A stretch of 64,000 nucleotides of DNA from Lama guanicoe (Eukaryota). Below, in pieces: positions 36,449-49,099 of the stretch; position 1 is the stretch's first letter, and every line of letters starts with the position of its first letter. The notes under the pieces were generated by a model. That model saw only the letters and a list, made by a program, of their open reading frames with translations. It was not told the DNA's origin and searched no databases. The position numbers were made by a program, and so were the translations under genes. The stretch is from contig MU054187.1 in NCBI GenBank assembly GCA_013239625.1, positions 8,094,358-8,158,357 on the forward strand, given 5' to 3'.

Positions 36449-39244
36449 TCCATGTGTAAGCAGCTGCTGCAATCAGCATTAACTCCAGGCTTGCAGGTTT
36501 GTCATTCCAATACATAGGGAGGGGAAACAAATAGGACCGCACATTGCCGTAAAGGGGAAGTCACCTAGATAATGTCACTCACAAACATATGTTCCACAAT
36601 TATTCTTTCCACTGTTTTATTGCTGCAATTATAGCTAAACTAAGATTACAAAATTATATGGTTTTAATTTGCCTCTATTGACTATGTTTCACTTCCATTA
36701 AAATTAAGTCTGAACTCATTTATGTCGAAAACTGTTGGCTTTCTGGAAAAAAATTTTTTTGCTTTCTCATTTAATGTCAACAGGGAAAAAAAAATCAATG
36801 CCTGTAGAAACCTTTGTGTGAAGCAAGAAACTTGGCCAAAATATAAATTAACCTAATACGTAAAGAATGGCCCCGTCCCAAAGTTCCATCTGCATTTCTA
36901 ATATTTTCAGTTGTGTCAGGATAGACCACAAAGATGCCTCCAATGACACTGATCCGAGTCTTTAAAATGTAAGCAGAAATGCCAGTTAAGCCATCTTAAG
37001 CCTTTATCCTTAACCCATCCCATCAAGCTTAAATATTACAGCATGTGATCCCAAAATCAAAGCCCTTAAAAAGGAAATGCAAGAACAGAGACAGTAGGAA
37101 AGTCGTCGCTGGTACTTCTTTCAAACCAATTGTTAATCTAACCCTCATGAGCCTGGATATTGCAAGAATCTCTGGTACCACAGTAACCGATAAATTTACT
37201 CCATAAAAGACAGGATCTTTCAATGCACAGGCACAAGATTATTAACTTAGAAATCATTTACAATATAACATTAGTTGGCCACATTTTTGCAAATATAGGT
37301 TTAACATCACCAAAATAATAATCATCGTCTACTACTCTTCTAATGTTTCAGTGTCTTATTTGGAGATGCAATACTTCTTCATAGAAAGATAAGGATCATC
37401 ACTGAAAATCAGTGTTTTACTTCAGGGCAGTGTAACCATTTGCTTTCTAATTTATATGACATAATACTCTCTAGCAGACAAGCAGGTAAGTGGTTTTCAT
37501 TGTATTTAATTAGATTCAAGTGGCAGCACAGAGTTTTTGCTCTACAATATAGAATGGCCACCTTTTTTATTTTCAACTTTTGGATTTTTAAAAATAATCA
37601 TGAACCCCACAAAATGAAAGATTTAGCAAATATACTTCTGCTCTTAAATATAAATTGCTGACATGGAGCTGTGTTAAAATGAAGCCCTTCGTAAAACTTT
37701 AAGATAAGCATAGGTGGTATTAAGTGTCAAATGCAGCTTAATATTCATGTAGAAAACAATCATTACTATTTTTTTTATTACATGCCACTTAGAAGCTTAC
37801 ATCCAGACATATCAGGGAAGCTATTTCTTGAATGAAATGATTATATACAAAATTTCTCTGTGTGTATGCAGGCATATATAGATAGATAGATATCCACATA
37901 GATACATACATAAAGTATTAGTGGCATTATCTTTATATTAGAAAAATAGCACATGATAATAAAGTATAATTGCCCATTCTAAAAAGCTTTACTTAGACAC
38001 ATTTAAAAGGTGAAATTTAACAATAGCTAAAAGGTAGCATATTAATACGTTCATGATTAAAATATAACACACACAAAAATTTCAGAAACTTATAATTACC
38101 ATTTTAATGGATCTTTAAGTAGATACCTAATTGCACAATTCATAGACCTTTTTAAAAAGAACCAAATGTTGAGTTATCCAATGTTAGGATGATTTTGTTA
38201 ATCTGATGTTTTCATTTTTCACCTCTTAGCATATATTAAAGCAAACATTCATTTTTTAATTGCAGTATGCTATGAAAATATGCATCCTCCTGCAGACCTC
38301 GTTCACAGCCACTTGGATGGAGGCTTACTTAGCTTTAGAGAATCAAGATACAGTCTACAAACCCTGCAAATGAGAGCACTGATAGACCCTTGAGCATAGC
38401 AGCGTTAGCAGGTGCTGCTGTAATACACAAATTCCGATAACATTAAGTGACCTGTTTTTAAAGTCTGTCCAAGAAAAAGCGACATCAAGAAATTGAATTC
38501 CTTGCCCTTTGCTTTAATGGCCCCTTGTCATGCAATCTTCAAATCAGAAAGGGTAATCACCACAAAACAAATCCCCAATCTGATACATACAACAGGGCAT
38601 CTCTGGCTGTCCTGCAGGCTGGTACCTAGGACCTATTCACTACAGTTTGCATTTTATTGGAGGACAGGGCAGAGAATCCACACTCAAGTACCAAACTTAC
38701 CCAGCAAGATGTAAAACCAGGACTTTGAGATAATAAGAAACGTAAAATCATATTGGATTGTTTTAAATATTGATCACTTCTCAATAAGTTTTATACTAAC
38801 CTGGAAGATACTACATTTCAATTTGTATCATAAAGGCACTTTAACAACAACATTTTCAGTTTGCACAATTTCAAAGTAAGATTAGGACTTCAGTTTGCCA
38901 TTGCTAAACTAATCAAAGCCTGATGGGTCTTGGGGTTCTATAATGATAGAATACATCCCAATTAATATAGGAAAGGATTATATCTATAGTTGGAGATACA
39001 AAATGCACTTCAAAGTGGTTTTCTGATGAACGAGCCGTAAATGCCACTTTCTGTAAAAGTGACATGAATCTGTGAAGCAATTATTGGGATAACTTGAGTA
39101 CTATTTCCCCGTGACTGAGAATGAGAAGTTTTTATTTGTGTTGAAGAATAGGAGGCAGCTGTGTACAGTGAATAGTATGTCAGTTTCAACGAAGTTATTT
39201 TTATATCTCACCAAAATAAGACAAAAATGTAATCGTTTCTCTAA

Positions 39245-39875
39245 TTTGAAAATTTTCATAGTTATAGAAAATTTGAACTAGTGTAACAAGTAGCCATATA
39301 TCCCTCACTTAATTCAACAGTTGTTACCATTTTTTGCCACATCTGCTTTCTCTTGGTCAAGCATTGCTGAATAGTGGCAGTACCCTGTTGCAACCTAAAA
39401 TACACTTTCCTACACTGAACCATGTGAACTTAAACTACAAACATTTCTCCCCTAACTACTTCAGCATGTACCCCCAAAGAGCAAGAGCAATGCACTTCAT
39501 AAACCACAACACCATTCACACCCAACCAATTTAACACTGTTACATTAGCATTATCTACAATAAAATCCACATGTAAACTTTCTCCAGTTGTCTTGATAAG
39601 ATTCTTCATACCATATTCGGTTGATGGGTGGGATGTCTGGAAGCCAGTCAAGAAATACCGACTATATATTGCATCCACGTCTCCATCTCTTTGGTCACCT
39701 TTAATTTAGAACACCTCCTCAGCGTTTGTCTTGAATGCACTGAAATTTTTCAAGAACCCATGTCAGTCATTTAAGTACTCCCCAACTGAAATTTCTGCTA
39801 GTTTTTTTTTTTAACCAGTTAGATTTAGATTAAACACTTTTGGCAAGAGTACTACAAAAGTAATGTTATATACAA
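39245..39875 (-). mobile_element. Old L1 (L1MC4/L1MC5-like) 3' UTR
   Basis: ttttgccacatctgcttt...cccctaactacttcagcatgtac...cataaaccacaacaccatt...ttttggcaagagtactaca. Confidence 0.75.
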
Positions 39876-40656
39876 CCATAAACTGTTATCTTCTGATACA
39901 GGACTGTATCCAGCGTCTATCTGGGGTGTGTTCATTTTTCTATTACTACTTTGAATGAACTACTAGGAAAGCACAGTCATTTGCTATTGTTACTGAAAGT
40001 ATGAAATCCTACAATTCGTTTAGAATAATTTGGTTTATTATACTTTGGACCTGGAGCCCTCAGCCACTTTACTCATGTGGCTTACAATGAAAATTTGGGG
40101 TGATTTGGTGATTAAATTCCCTTCCCCCAGCCCACCCATTCCCTGACAGCTGATAGAATGGCCAGGTTGGAAATAAAGGAGTTTCATAGCACGTTTGTGT
40201 GTTAAGGGCTGGCACAGTGAATTTTTCTCCCAGCACTGTTAAATATAGATTACATTTACTATCAGCGCTGTATTTTTGGAATACTAACCAAAAAGCAAAA
40301 AAATGAAAATTATTTGCAAAAACAAAACAAAACAAAACACTTTTCTCATTCTATTCCAAAGAGCATATTGCAAAAACAAAATTGTTCACATTTAAAATCT
40401 TTTAATAACTATATAACTTAAAAATAGTATTAAATAAAACAATATAAAGATATTTCATTGATTGGAAAAATTAGGAGGGAGAAGTATTTTGGTAGAAAAT
40501 AAAAGAACTCCAAAAATTGCCAACAACATGCAGCATCTACCTGTGTTAAATCCACCAGATAATTTACATGTACAGATGAAGTTGTGTGGATTTTTAGGAG
40601 GAAAAAATCAAGAAAAGATCCCTTAATATCTCCTTACTAATACTATTTAGTCATAC

Positions 40657-40674
40657 GTTATCCAGTCCTTGGTT
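40657..40674 (-). other. Candidate 18-nt microexon
   Basis: ttttctatttgcaaatcag|AACCAAGGACTGGATAAC|gtatga. UGC near the acceptor and TGCATG about 125 nt downstream. Confidence 0.3.
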
Positions 40675-40999
40675 CTGATTTGCAAATAGAAAACTAGATT
40701 TGAAACACACACCCAACAGGCCACTTCCGTTGAATAAAGCATGTGAGTCTGGCAGCCTTTTCAGAGCCTTTCTATAAAAGGTAAAATAATACGCATTTAT
40801 CTTTGTCAGCCTATCAGGTATGGAACTACCTCCCAAATGTCATCATATTCATTTATTTTTTTTAAGCATTTTAGAAATTTTTTGTTTTATTAGCTCTTGT
40901 GAGCTTGGACTCCTTTATGCCAGGATGCTTTGTAAACTTTAAATTTTTTATACAAACGCTGGGATAAAGAGGCCAAGCAGAATCAAATGGACAGGGATT

Positions 41000-41150
41000 A
41001 AAAAGTCACATTTACTGGTGGCCTTACATTTGGCAAGTCACTTAACCTTTCTGAGCCTTAATCTCCCCTATAAAATTAGGATCATAACAGCTACCATTTA
41101 GGAGTAAAAGTATGAAAAGTACACGACATCGAGTAAGTGATCAGTAAGTT
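41000..41150 (+). mobile_element. MIR SINE fragment
   Basis: ttggcaagtcacttaacctttctgagcctta...taaaattaggatcataacagctacc. Confidence 0.8.
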
Positions 41151-41458
41151 GTAACTAGTTGTAGTCTTTTTAAAATCATGATCAGAGCCCCCATTTCATA
41201 TACTATGCTACTAATAATCATTAGACTTGTTTAAATAGGGAGATGACATATAGCTACTGTAAACTTTCTCAGGTAAAGGTACTCCTTAGAAATCTACAGC
41301 TAATTTAGATACATATATGCACACATGCATATATACACAAAATTACATATAAATCAACAGAAAAGTTTGGTGTAAGTCGTTCTGAAATGATATAGTAAAT
41401 GTAACTGACGTCAGGGGAAAAAAAAGCCATATGCTTTGTTTTCCAAGACCCAGCATAC

Positions 41459-41491
41459 CTGTTTGATGCCCCGTAAAAGAAATATGAAAAG
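41459..41491 (-). other. Candidate 33-nt cassette exon
   Basis: cttctgtttttccag|CTTTTCATATTTCTTTTACGGGGCATCAAACAG|gtatgc. Frame-preserving and open in all three frames. Confidence 0.4.
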
Positions 41492-41932
41492 CTGGAAAAA
41501 CAGAAGCTTTGCTTATATCCCACAGCCAAGAATTTTACCCCAAAACACAACTATTATTTGTGCTCTCAACATGCTTATCAAACCGAAAGAGGAGAATTAT
41601 CTAGAACATAGTAGCAGAGCCCACCATTAATTCTGCATAAGTAATACAAAGCAACAGTCAATACTAATGTTAAAGAAAGACTTTCTTGAATTCAATTAAT
41701 TTTTCATTGTGTTTGCTGTGTATCCTTATCATTAATTCAATTTTAGTTTTACTTGCATTCAAACTAGTCAGGCAGTGTTGTGTTTTACCTACTAATCTGG
41801 TTTAATATCTTTCTTTTGAACAGAAGTCGTAAGATTTTCTACCAAGGAAAAAACAATGTTTTTAAATGTTTCCCTTTCCCAACAGACCTATATTTTAATT
41901 AAAAAAAAAGGTCCTAAGTATATAAACCTTAC

Positions 41933-41944
41933 CCAGTGCAATCT
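41933..41944 (-). other. Candidate 12-nt microexon
   Basis: A long U/C tract is followed by atttattacag|AGATTGCACTGG|gtaagg. Confidence 0.35.
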
Positions 41945-42856
41945 CTGTAATAAATATATGTTTCCAAAAAAAGAAAAAAGAAAAGAAAGAAAAGAAAATC
42001 ATGGCAATTAAAAAAAAAAAAAAGCTCTGTAGGCATTAAACTCCATTCTTGTAATTCCAGTAGTCAACTCTGAAATACTAATGTACAGTGAAATAAAAAT
42101 GTACAGTATTCGTACATAGAAAAAAATTTTAAAATTCAAGTCATTTTAATAACCTTTAATAAAAAGCTAAATAACTTATAAGACTTAGCTTTCTGAACAT
42201 ATGTTTATGAATCTCACTGCTTTAGTTTCTATTTGGGAAGAAAATTGCTCAGCGGATAGCCCACTTTTACAATCTTTAATGTCAGATCTGCTAAAGTTAC
42301 TGCCAAGAGGGCAATGTTATAAATTAAAATAATTGTAGTATAAGTCTTAGCAGTAGGAAGATACAAACCAGTTTACAACAGCACAAAGCTTCCCTATTTT
42401 AAAGCAAACTGTAGTGTCATATTTTAGATTACTAAATCAAAGTACACATTTGTTTATTTACAGCTGTAAAGAAGTAAGCATTCAAAAGCTGCTGCTCTTC
42501 TAAAACAAAAATTGTAAAATCTCTGCCTACTGTCAGTATCACCTCTAAGATCGGAGTTAAGCTTATTAGAACTCATAGTCTATATTCCAACCAAACATTA
42601 TTGTAATTGACTCTGGGAGTGATTATACAAAATATGATTTATTGTTTACAAACCTGCATTCATGGCAGTAAAACACAATAGTAATTGCATTTAAAAATAT
42701 ATTACTTGTTTATGCTGATGTTCAGCTTCAAAGCCATCATCACATTCTAGCTTAAGACAAATTGGTTTGGACCAGAGATAATTCAAATGATTTAACAAAT
42801 TTTAAAAATCAAACAGCCCAAAGTACTTGGGAAGGTTATTTTTCAAAAAGGAAAAA

Positions 42857-42880
42857 ACAAACAAACAAACAAACAAACAA
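42857..42880 (+). repeat. (AAAC)n microsatellite
   Basis: Direct reading. Confidence 0.9.
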
Positions 42881-45800
42881 AAAACACTTGTTCTCCTCTG
42901 CCCTCTCTATCAACTAAATCTTCCCAAGATGCAGAGGGAACATGTTTATCTTATCTACGGTAACCATAAAAATTCACCAAAATCTTGTAGCCTTGTCTAA
43001 TAGCATGGTTTCCTAGAACTGTCATTTTGGTCCTTTTGTGTTTTACAGAGGAAATCCTTTCTGGTCCTAAAGACTATAATGCCCACTCTCATTCATGAAC
43101 AATGCCCTGATGATAGAGACTGGTGCAAATTAAATCAGTGAACAGAGGTGTAAGACTGACCCAAACCCATCAGAATTTTCATGGAAAGAGGATAATCACA
43201 TTCCAGGCTACTTTTGTGGGCTTTCAGGGGAAATTCCTTTTAACAAAAAGTGATATAAAAATGATATTCACACAGCAAGGATAAGAACAGTAACTAAAGG
43301 TTTGAAAAGCCCACCAGGAGAGAAAATTCAACCCACTTATAATAAATCAACTGCTATATATTTCTCTAGGTTTCGTACCCCAAAAAGAAGATGATATGAA
43401 TCCATTTTTCTGTTCAGATTCTTTTTAATCCTACAGATGAAAACTATCCTACTGTTTCCAAATGCTTTTTCATTCTAATGGTAAAAATAGCTACCAAAAG
43501 GGTGGGATTTCACGGTGCCTCCCTTACCAAGGATACACTATTGCAAAGTATAATATACATTCACATACTTTTTAAAGTCACTAATTGCTAATTTGTATTT
43601 TTTAAGCCTGAAATATTTTCACAATGTCATTGGTTATATTATCAATATTCCATCAGTGGTAAAACCTCAAATACCAAAATATCATCAAAGAATCCTACTG
43701 TTAAATAGATTGTATGCACATGACACTTTTAAAGCAAAATAGTTCTCACAACGAATACCAGCAAAATGAGTTTGTTTGGCAAACTATTAACCTGCCTAAT
43801 TTCAAATTCTTACTTCTTAAAAGCATGGTATAGATTATTCACACTCTCAGTAAAATGCAACAAAGGAAGAGGCTTTTGACAGACTAATCAAATTGACTTA
43901 TAATAATCCCTCTATTTGGAAGGATGAGAAAATTATGATAAAAGATTTTAAAACAAAGTTCTCATATTAAATGCTATATTCTACTTGTGTTAATTGCTCT
44001 AAACAGGAACTTTAAAAAGAAAAGAATTTATACCATCCATCTAATATCCCATAACTGTCAAAGTATTACTCTATTTTGTAGCTCATATTTTTTCTTGAAC
44101 ATACCTGACTTTTAAATATTTGTTCAAAAAATTTCACTAAAATTTATTCTCTTAATCGGTTGATTTTATTTATTCTTCTGGAAAAGAATGACTCATGCTG
44201 ACACTTCAGAAAGATAATTATTTTGACAAATATAATATTCATAGAAATCTTACAAAATATATTTTTACTTGAGGTGGAGGAAACGCCTGTAAAACTAGTT
44301 CTCCAGTGAGTTCATTTCTCCTCTTCCCTAGACTCACACAGCCATTGTTTCATTCCCTCGCCTACCCTCACTCCCTCACTCACTCCAAAGCACATTTATC
44401 ACTCCTGAATGCTGAAGATGTGCTTTTGAAACTGTGCACAACTGCAATGAAAATTAAAAGCTATAAATGCAGAAGTAGAATTCTGACTTTACAATATTTT
44501 AAAAGACTTCATGATAATCTAAATTGCCAGCTCCTAATACTGACTACTGTTTACGTTTTAATTCCTAACTCAGTCAACTACTGATAGACTTTAATCTATT
44601 TTTAAGAGTAAAAGGATTACATCACTGTTTTTTGATTACCTGAAATCGTAATTATTAATAGGCAGGTATTACCTTATTCTCATAATATACCTTATCAGCT
44701 GGCTGCAGCTGTTTTTCTAAATTGAAAGAAAATACTGAATATTAATTATAGCATTGTGTATCACTCATATGTGTGATCTTTCTGACTATATATCATTCTG
44801 AATAGGTTGAAGTAGGTAATGGTTTTCAATATAATTTCAAACGTATGCACTCTAAAACTTAAAATCAGAAGAATACCATGAAATGATGGCATTTTAACCA
44901 TTCTCTAAGTGTAAGACAAGTCTGCCTTCATAATTAACAATGTTTGTAACTCAATTTTTAATACTAAAGACCAGGAGAAAAATTGGATAATTGGAAAAAT
45001 GAGACAAAACTTTCAAGTAAGTTAAGTTAAAAAAAAAAAGTGTGGACACGTTGCACTATGTCACTGACTGCCCCTGAACATTAGGTATCTTTCTCTCCTG
45101 GTGTGTCAGCAAAGCCACGCACATTCTTTCTCGCTACAAATCTGTAAATCTGAAAAGGAGTAAAGAACCTGAATAGAAAATCTCTTTATAGAATAAAAAA
45201 GCATGGCGTGTTATTACGGAGAACTGTAAGCCCTATTCTATTCATAGTAATTACAGGATCAGATCAGGTTAATGTGGGGACCTAGGTCAATAAAAGTACT
45301 GTAGGTTCACGGCTTTAATCTCCTTCAATCCTCAAGCCTGCAGTCCTGGCTGCTCTGCCTGATTCACCAAATCACTCGAGGTAACATGGATGTCACGGGA
45401 ATTTGGGGCAGAGTGGAAATTTATATATTCAGTCAGTCTCAAGTTTTAGATGATGAAAAAAACTAATTTCTCAGAATAATTTAACAAGTTTTTCTCTCTC
45501 AACTCAAATAATAAAGGCCAAATTTCATTTCTTAGGTAATGCCATTTTTAGTCCTCTTTTCACAATAAAATCTGTTTCCTTATTAAATTTTTCACCCACC
45601 CATCATTCACCGAAGATATTACACAACCTTGATAAACATATAAATGAGAACTAAAACAGATTAGAATTTGGCCTTATGCACCTTGAGATAATCCCTTTCG
45701 TTTTCCTATGATGTTCTCTAAAATTTCTGTGGAGGATAAAAATTCAAAACTTGATACCTCATGCCCAGAGATAATTTGAGATTTTTTTTTCCTTTGAAAA

Positions 45801-46961
45801 GTGTTTTCCATATTATATTTCTCCCCAAATATTTTAGAATTCAAAGATTCAAAGTTCTTGGTTGTAACTGGAACATGTAAAATTGTTATTTGTGAGGATT
45901 ATGAATGATGATTATTCTTCTGCTTTTTCATTGTTTTTTTTTCCAAATGTTTGTTTAGGGTTAGTACCAATAACATCTTACTCTTGGAAAAATTTTTAAA
46001 AACTATACTAAATGTACAATTCTTTAAACACTTATTGCATTGTATGCTGATCCATGTATGTTAAAAATGAGACTAAACTTTTGAAAATGCATTTAATCCT
46101 TTCAGTTTAATGCCTATGAATGAAACACACATAGCATCAATCACCCCAGGTCAATGGTCCTTCTGTGACTTTTTTTCTTCTTCAGGGTTTTGGTAACTGC
46201 TTCTGCCACTGTTTGCTTCTTAAATTATCAGTCACTATAAAATAGCTCGTATTCAAAGCCTACACACACTAGACCCTGGAAGTCGAGACCCTGGAAAGTA
46301 AAGCAAAGAGAAGAGGTGGTGTGTGACTCCTGAACCCCAGCTTTTGGATACTGCATACTTCTCTCTGTCTCTCTTTCCTTTCAAATAAGTAGATTAATGA
46401 TGGAAAAATCAGAGAAGACTCACAATCAATGAGGAATTGCCAAAATAGCCCAAGAGGCTAACAGGGTGTTCTTCTAATGGACGAGTCTATTCTGGACCCT
46501 GGTGATATGCAGCTTCACTTTTCAATCACTATGCTTTTCTATAGATTGCCTGGAAATTATGTCTAATATGTGTATTGAAGTACTTAAACAACATCAGTCT
46601 TAAAATAGTCTTGGCACCTGCCTTTTCCTCTCTGTTAGTATGCAAGCACTTTGAAGGTAGGAACTTAGTCTTCTATTTCCCTTTAAAGTTACTAAGGATT
46701 TACTAATTTGAATTATAATTATGACCTACTGTAGATTTCCCCCTCCACATTTAAACAGGTGATTGTTTTTACTTACTTTAAATATTTATCACTCAAAATG
46801 AGTAATTATGCACACAAAATAGTACACTGAAAGCATAAAATTTCTTTCTATGAAAGTTAAGTTTAAGAAACTATTTAGCAGAATTTTCCATTTGATAGAA
46901 CAAAGAAAAAGATGTATTTTCAAGAAGAGGTCATTCCAAGAGGTTTTTTGTTTTTTTCTAA

Positions 46962-47596
46962 ACCATATGATCCAGGAATCCCACTTCTGGGCATATATCC
47001 AAAGGGAACTCTAACTTGAAAAGATTACATGCACCCCAACATTCGTAGCAGCACTATTTACAATAGCCAAGACATGGAAACAACCTAAATGTCCATCAAC
47101 AGATGACTGAATAAAGAATCTGTGGTATATTTCTACAATGGAATACTACTCAGCCATAAAAAATAATAAAATAATGCCATTTGCAGTAACATGGATGGAC
47201 CTGGAGATCGTCATTCTAAGTGAAGTAGTGAAAAAGAGAAAGAAAAATACCATATGATATCACTTATATGTGAAATCTTAAAAAAAATAGACATAAGTGA
47301 ACTTATTTACAAAACAGAAACAGACTCACAGACTGGTTACTGGGGGAAAGGGGGGATGGGAAGGGATAAATTGGGAGCATAAGATTTGAAGATACTAACT
47401 ACTACATACAAAATAGATAAACAAGTTTCTTCTGCACAGCACAGGGAACTATATTCAATATCTTGTACTAACCTATAATGAAGAAGAATATGAAAACAAA
47501 TATATGTATGCATATGTATGACTGAAACATTATGCTGTACACCAGAAATTGACACAACATTGTAAACTGACTATACTACAATAAAGAAAAAAAAAA
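46962..47596 (+). mobile_element. Lineage-type (cetartiodactyl/camelid) L1 3' end with poly(A)
   Basis: ccatatgatccaggaatcccacttctgggcatatatcc...gcacagggaactatattcaatatcttg...tgctgtacaccagaaattgacacaacattgtaaactgactatac, followed by an A tail. Confidence 0.95.
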
Positions 47597-48922
47597 CCCC
47601 AAACCTACCAAATATGTTACAACTTGAATGATGTGAACTGTGGTAAACGCCAGCATGCAATATGGCAAAAACGAATCAATCAGTTCAGCTTAGTTCAGCC
47701 TCTGCAACTGGCCATCTGGCACAAAATCAACCGAATGTATCCCTGCATATTCATCTTCATTTTCACAAATACTCAAGAGAATGTCATTCTAGGGCAAAAT
47801 AAAATTAAATCACCATAATTTTTAAGACATCTTCCCTTTCATACCCTCTTGAGAATACTGTGTTTATATGAGAATACTTATTGCTATAGGGTTGTATAAT
47901 TCTTATTTGAATGAATTTTGTCTCTTCTAAAGGTTGAAAATAAAACATTTAATTATAAAAATTTTCATTTTTCAAAGAATGTTCTCTGGGGAGAGAGAAA
48001 CTTCTATAAACAGGTCAGTTTACTTTTAGTCAAATCAATAGTAGATCAAATGACCAAAGCCACGTTCATAGAATTTAATAATTTCATAAGTGCACTAATC
48101 TGGAATGAAGTTGGCCTAACATATGATTAGTTATTGTTCAACATGATCAAAACAATACATTAGTTCACATTTTAATTCCTATTTACATGAAATCAGAAAG
48201 TAAAATTTCATTTGATCAAACAAAAGTTTTATGTAATATTCATATTACTGTGTAAGATTAGGTAGCCAAACACTTTATCAAAACCTGAAGACATAAGGCT
48301 AGATGTTACTGCATTATTTTGTAGTAGTTTTGAAATCCTATTAAAATTTTTTTTCAGGTGGAAGCAGAAGTATAGTTTATACTTAGACTTTTTAGGTCAT
48401 TTTGAATTTACATAGAATAAATAGTCTCATATTCTGTTTTTAAGATTAATGCTGAATAATGGACTGAATAAAGTTTATTGGTGCTTTTATCCATCTATTT
48501 TTGTCCTAGATCTGAACCACCACATTTTAAGCTCTGACTCTTCAAATAAAGTCAATGAATTTTAAGTAAGATGCATAGAAACACACTAAATAAATCACAG
48601 TTTTAAGCAACTTTGTTTCCCAAATTATGTTTGTAAGCATAACAAGCCCTATATAAAACATTTAAATAAAGAAATGGTAATATTTAAATTCCATTCACTA
48701 TGATTTTGCTCACTAAAAAATACTTTGGTAGGAGTTTTCAATTTTCAAAGAATGGGAGACAGTAAGTTAGATTTCTTCTTTATACATTGCTCTATTTTTC
48801 ATTACACAGAAGGTTAAATTGCAAATAATATTTAATTCTGTATTTGAGAAAAGGAGTTTACCAGCAAATAAGTCCTAAGGCCAATGTCCTGTTCTAAAAT
48901 GTCTCTTTTGAGAATTATATAC

Positions 48923-49099
48923 CTATCTACATCAATCACAGTACTTTTTTTTCTTTATTTTTTTTTTATCCTGCCATCTTCTGTTTTAAAGTTACGTTGT
49001 ACCTCCGGCAATGTTTCTTCAAACAGTTTCAACGCAGAGCCAGCTAATGACTTAGGATTATTTCTATAGATTTGGTTTGCCTTTTTGTGCGTGTGTGGC
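48923..49099 (-). pseudogene. Exon-like 177-nt segment with a single in-frame TAA (possible decayed or poison exon)
   Basis: ctgtaacatctctacag|G CCA CAC...GTA GAT AG|gtatat. In phase 2-2 it reads PHTHKKANQIYRNNPKSLAGSALKLFEETLPEVQRNFKTEDGRIKKK*RKKSTVIDVD. Confidence 0.3.

Noticed and set aside
38329..38722. 35-nt (38329-38363) and 22-nt (38701-38722) minus-strand exon candidates
   Set aside because: The 22-mer has a weak AAG acceptor. Joined, they hit stops in the phases used by the upstream array.
40535..40622. Zero-length (recursive) splice site acacag|gtagat after an ~80-nt AG-free stretch
   Set aside because: The regenerated donor is weak, and the pyrimidine tract is far from the AG.
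44105..44136. 32-nt exon candidate (KFFEQIFKSQ) that would extend the microexon array
   Set aside because: The donor is good but the polypyrimidine tract is very poor, so it was not included.
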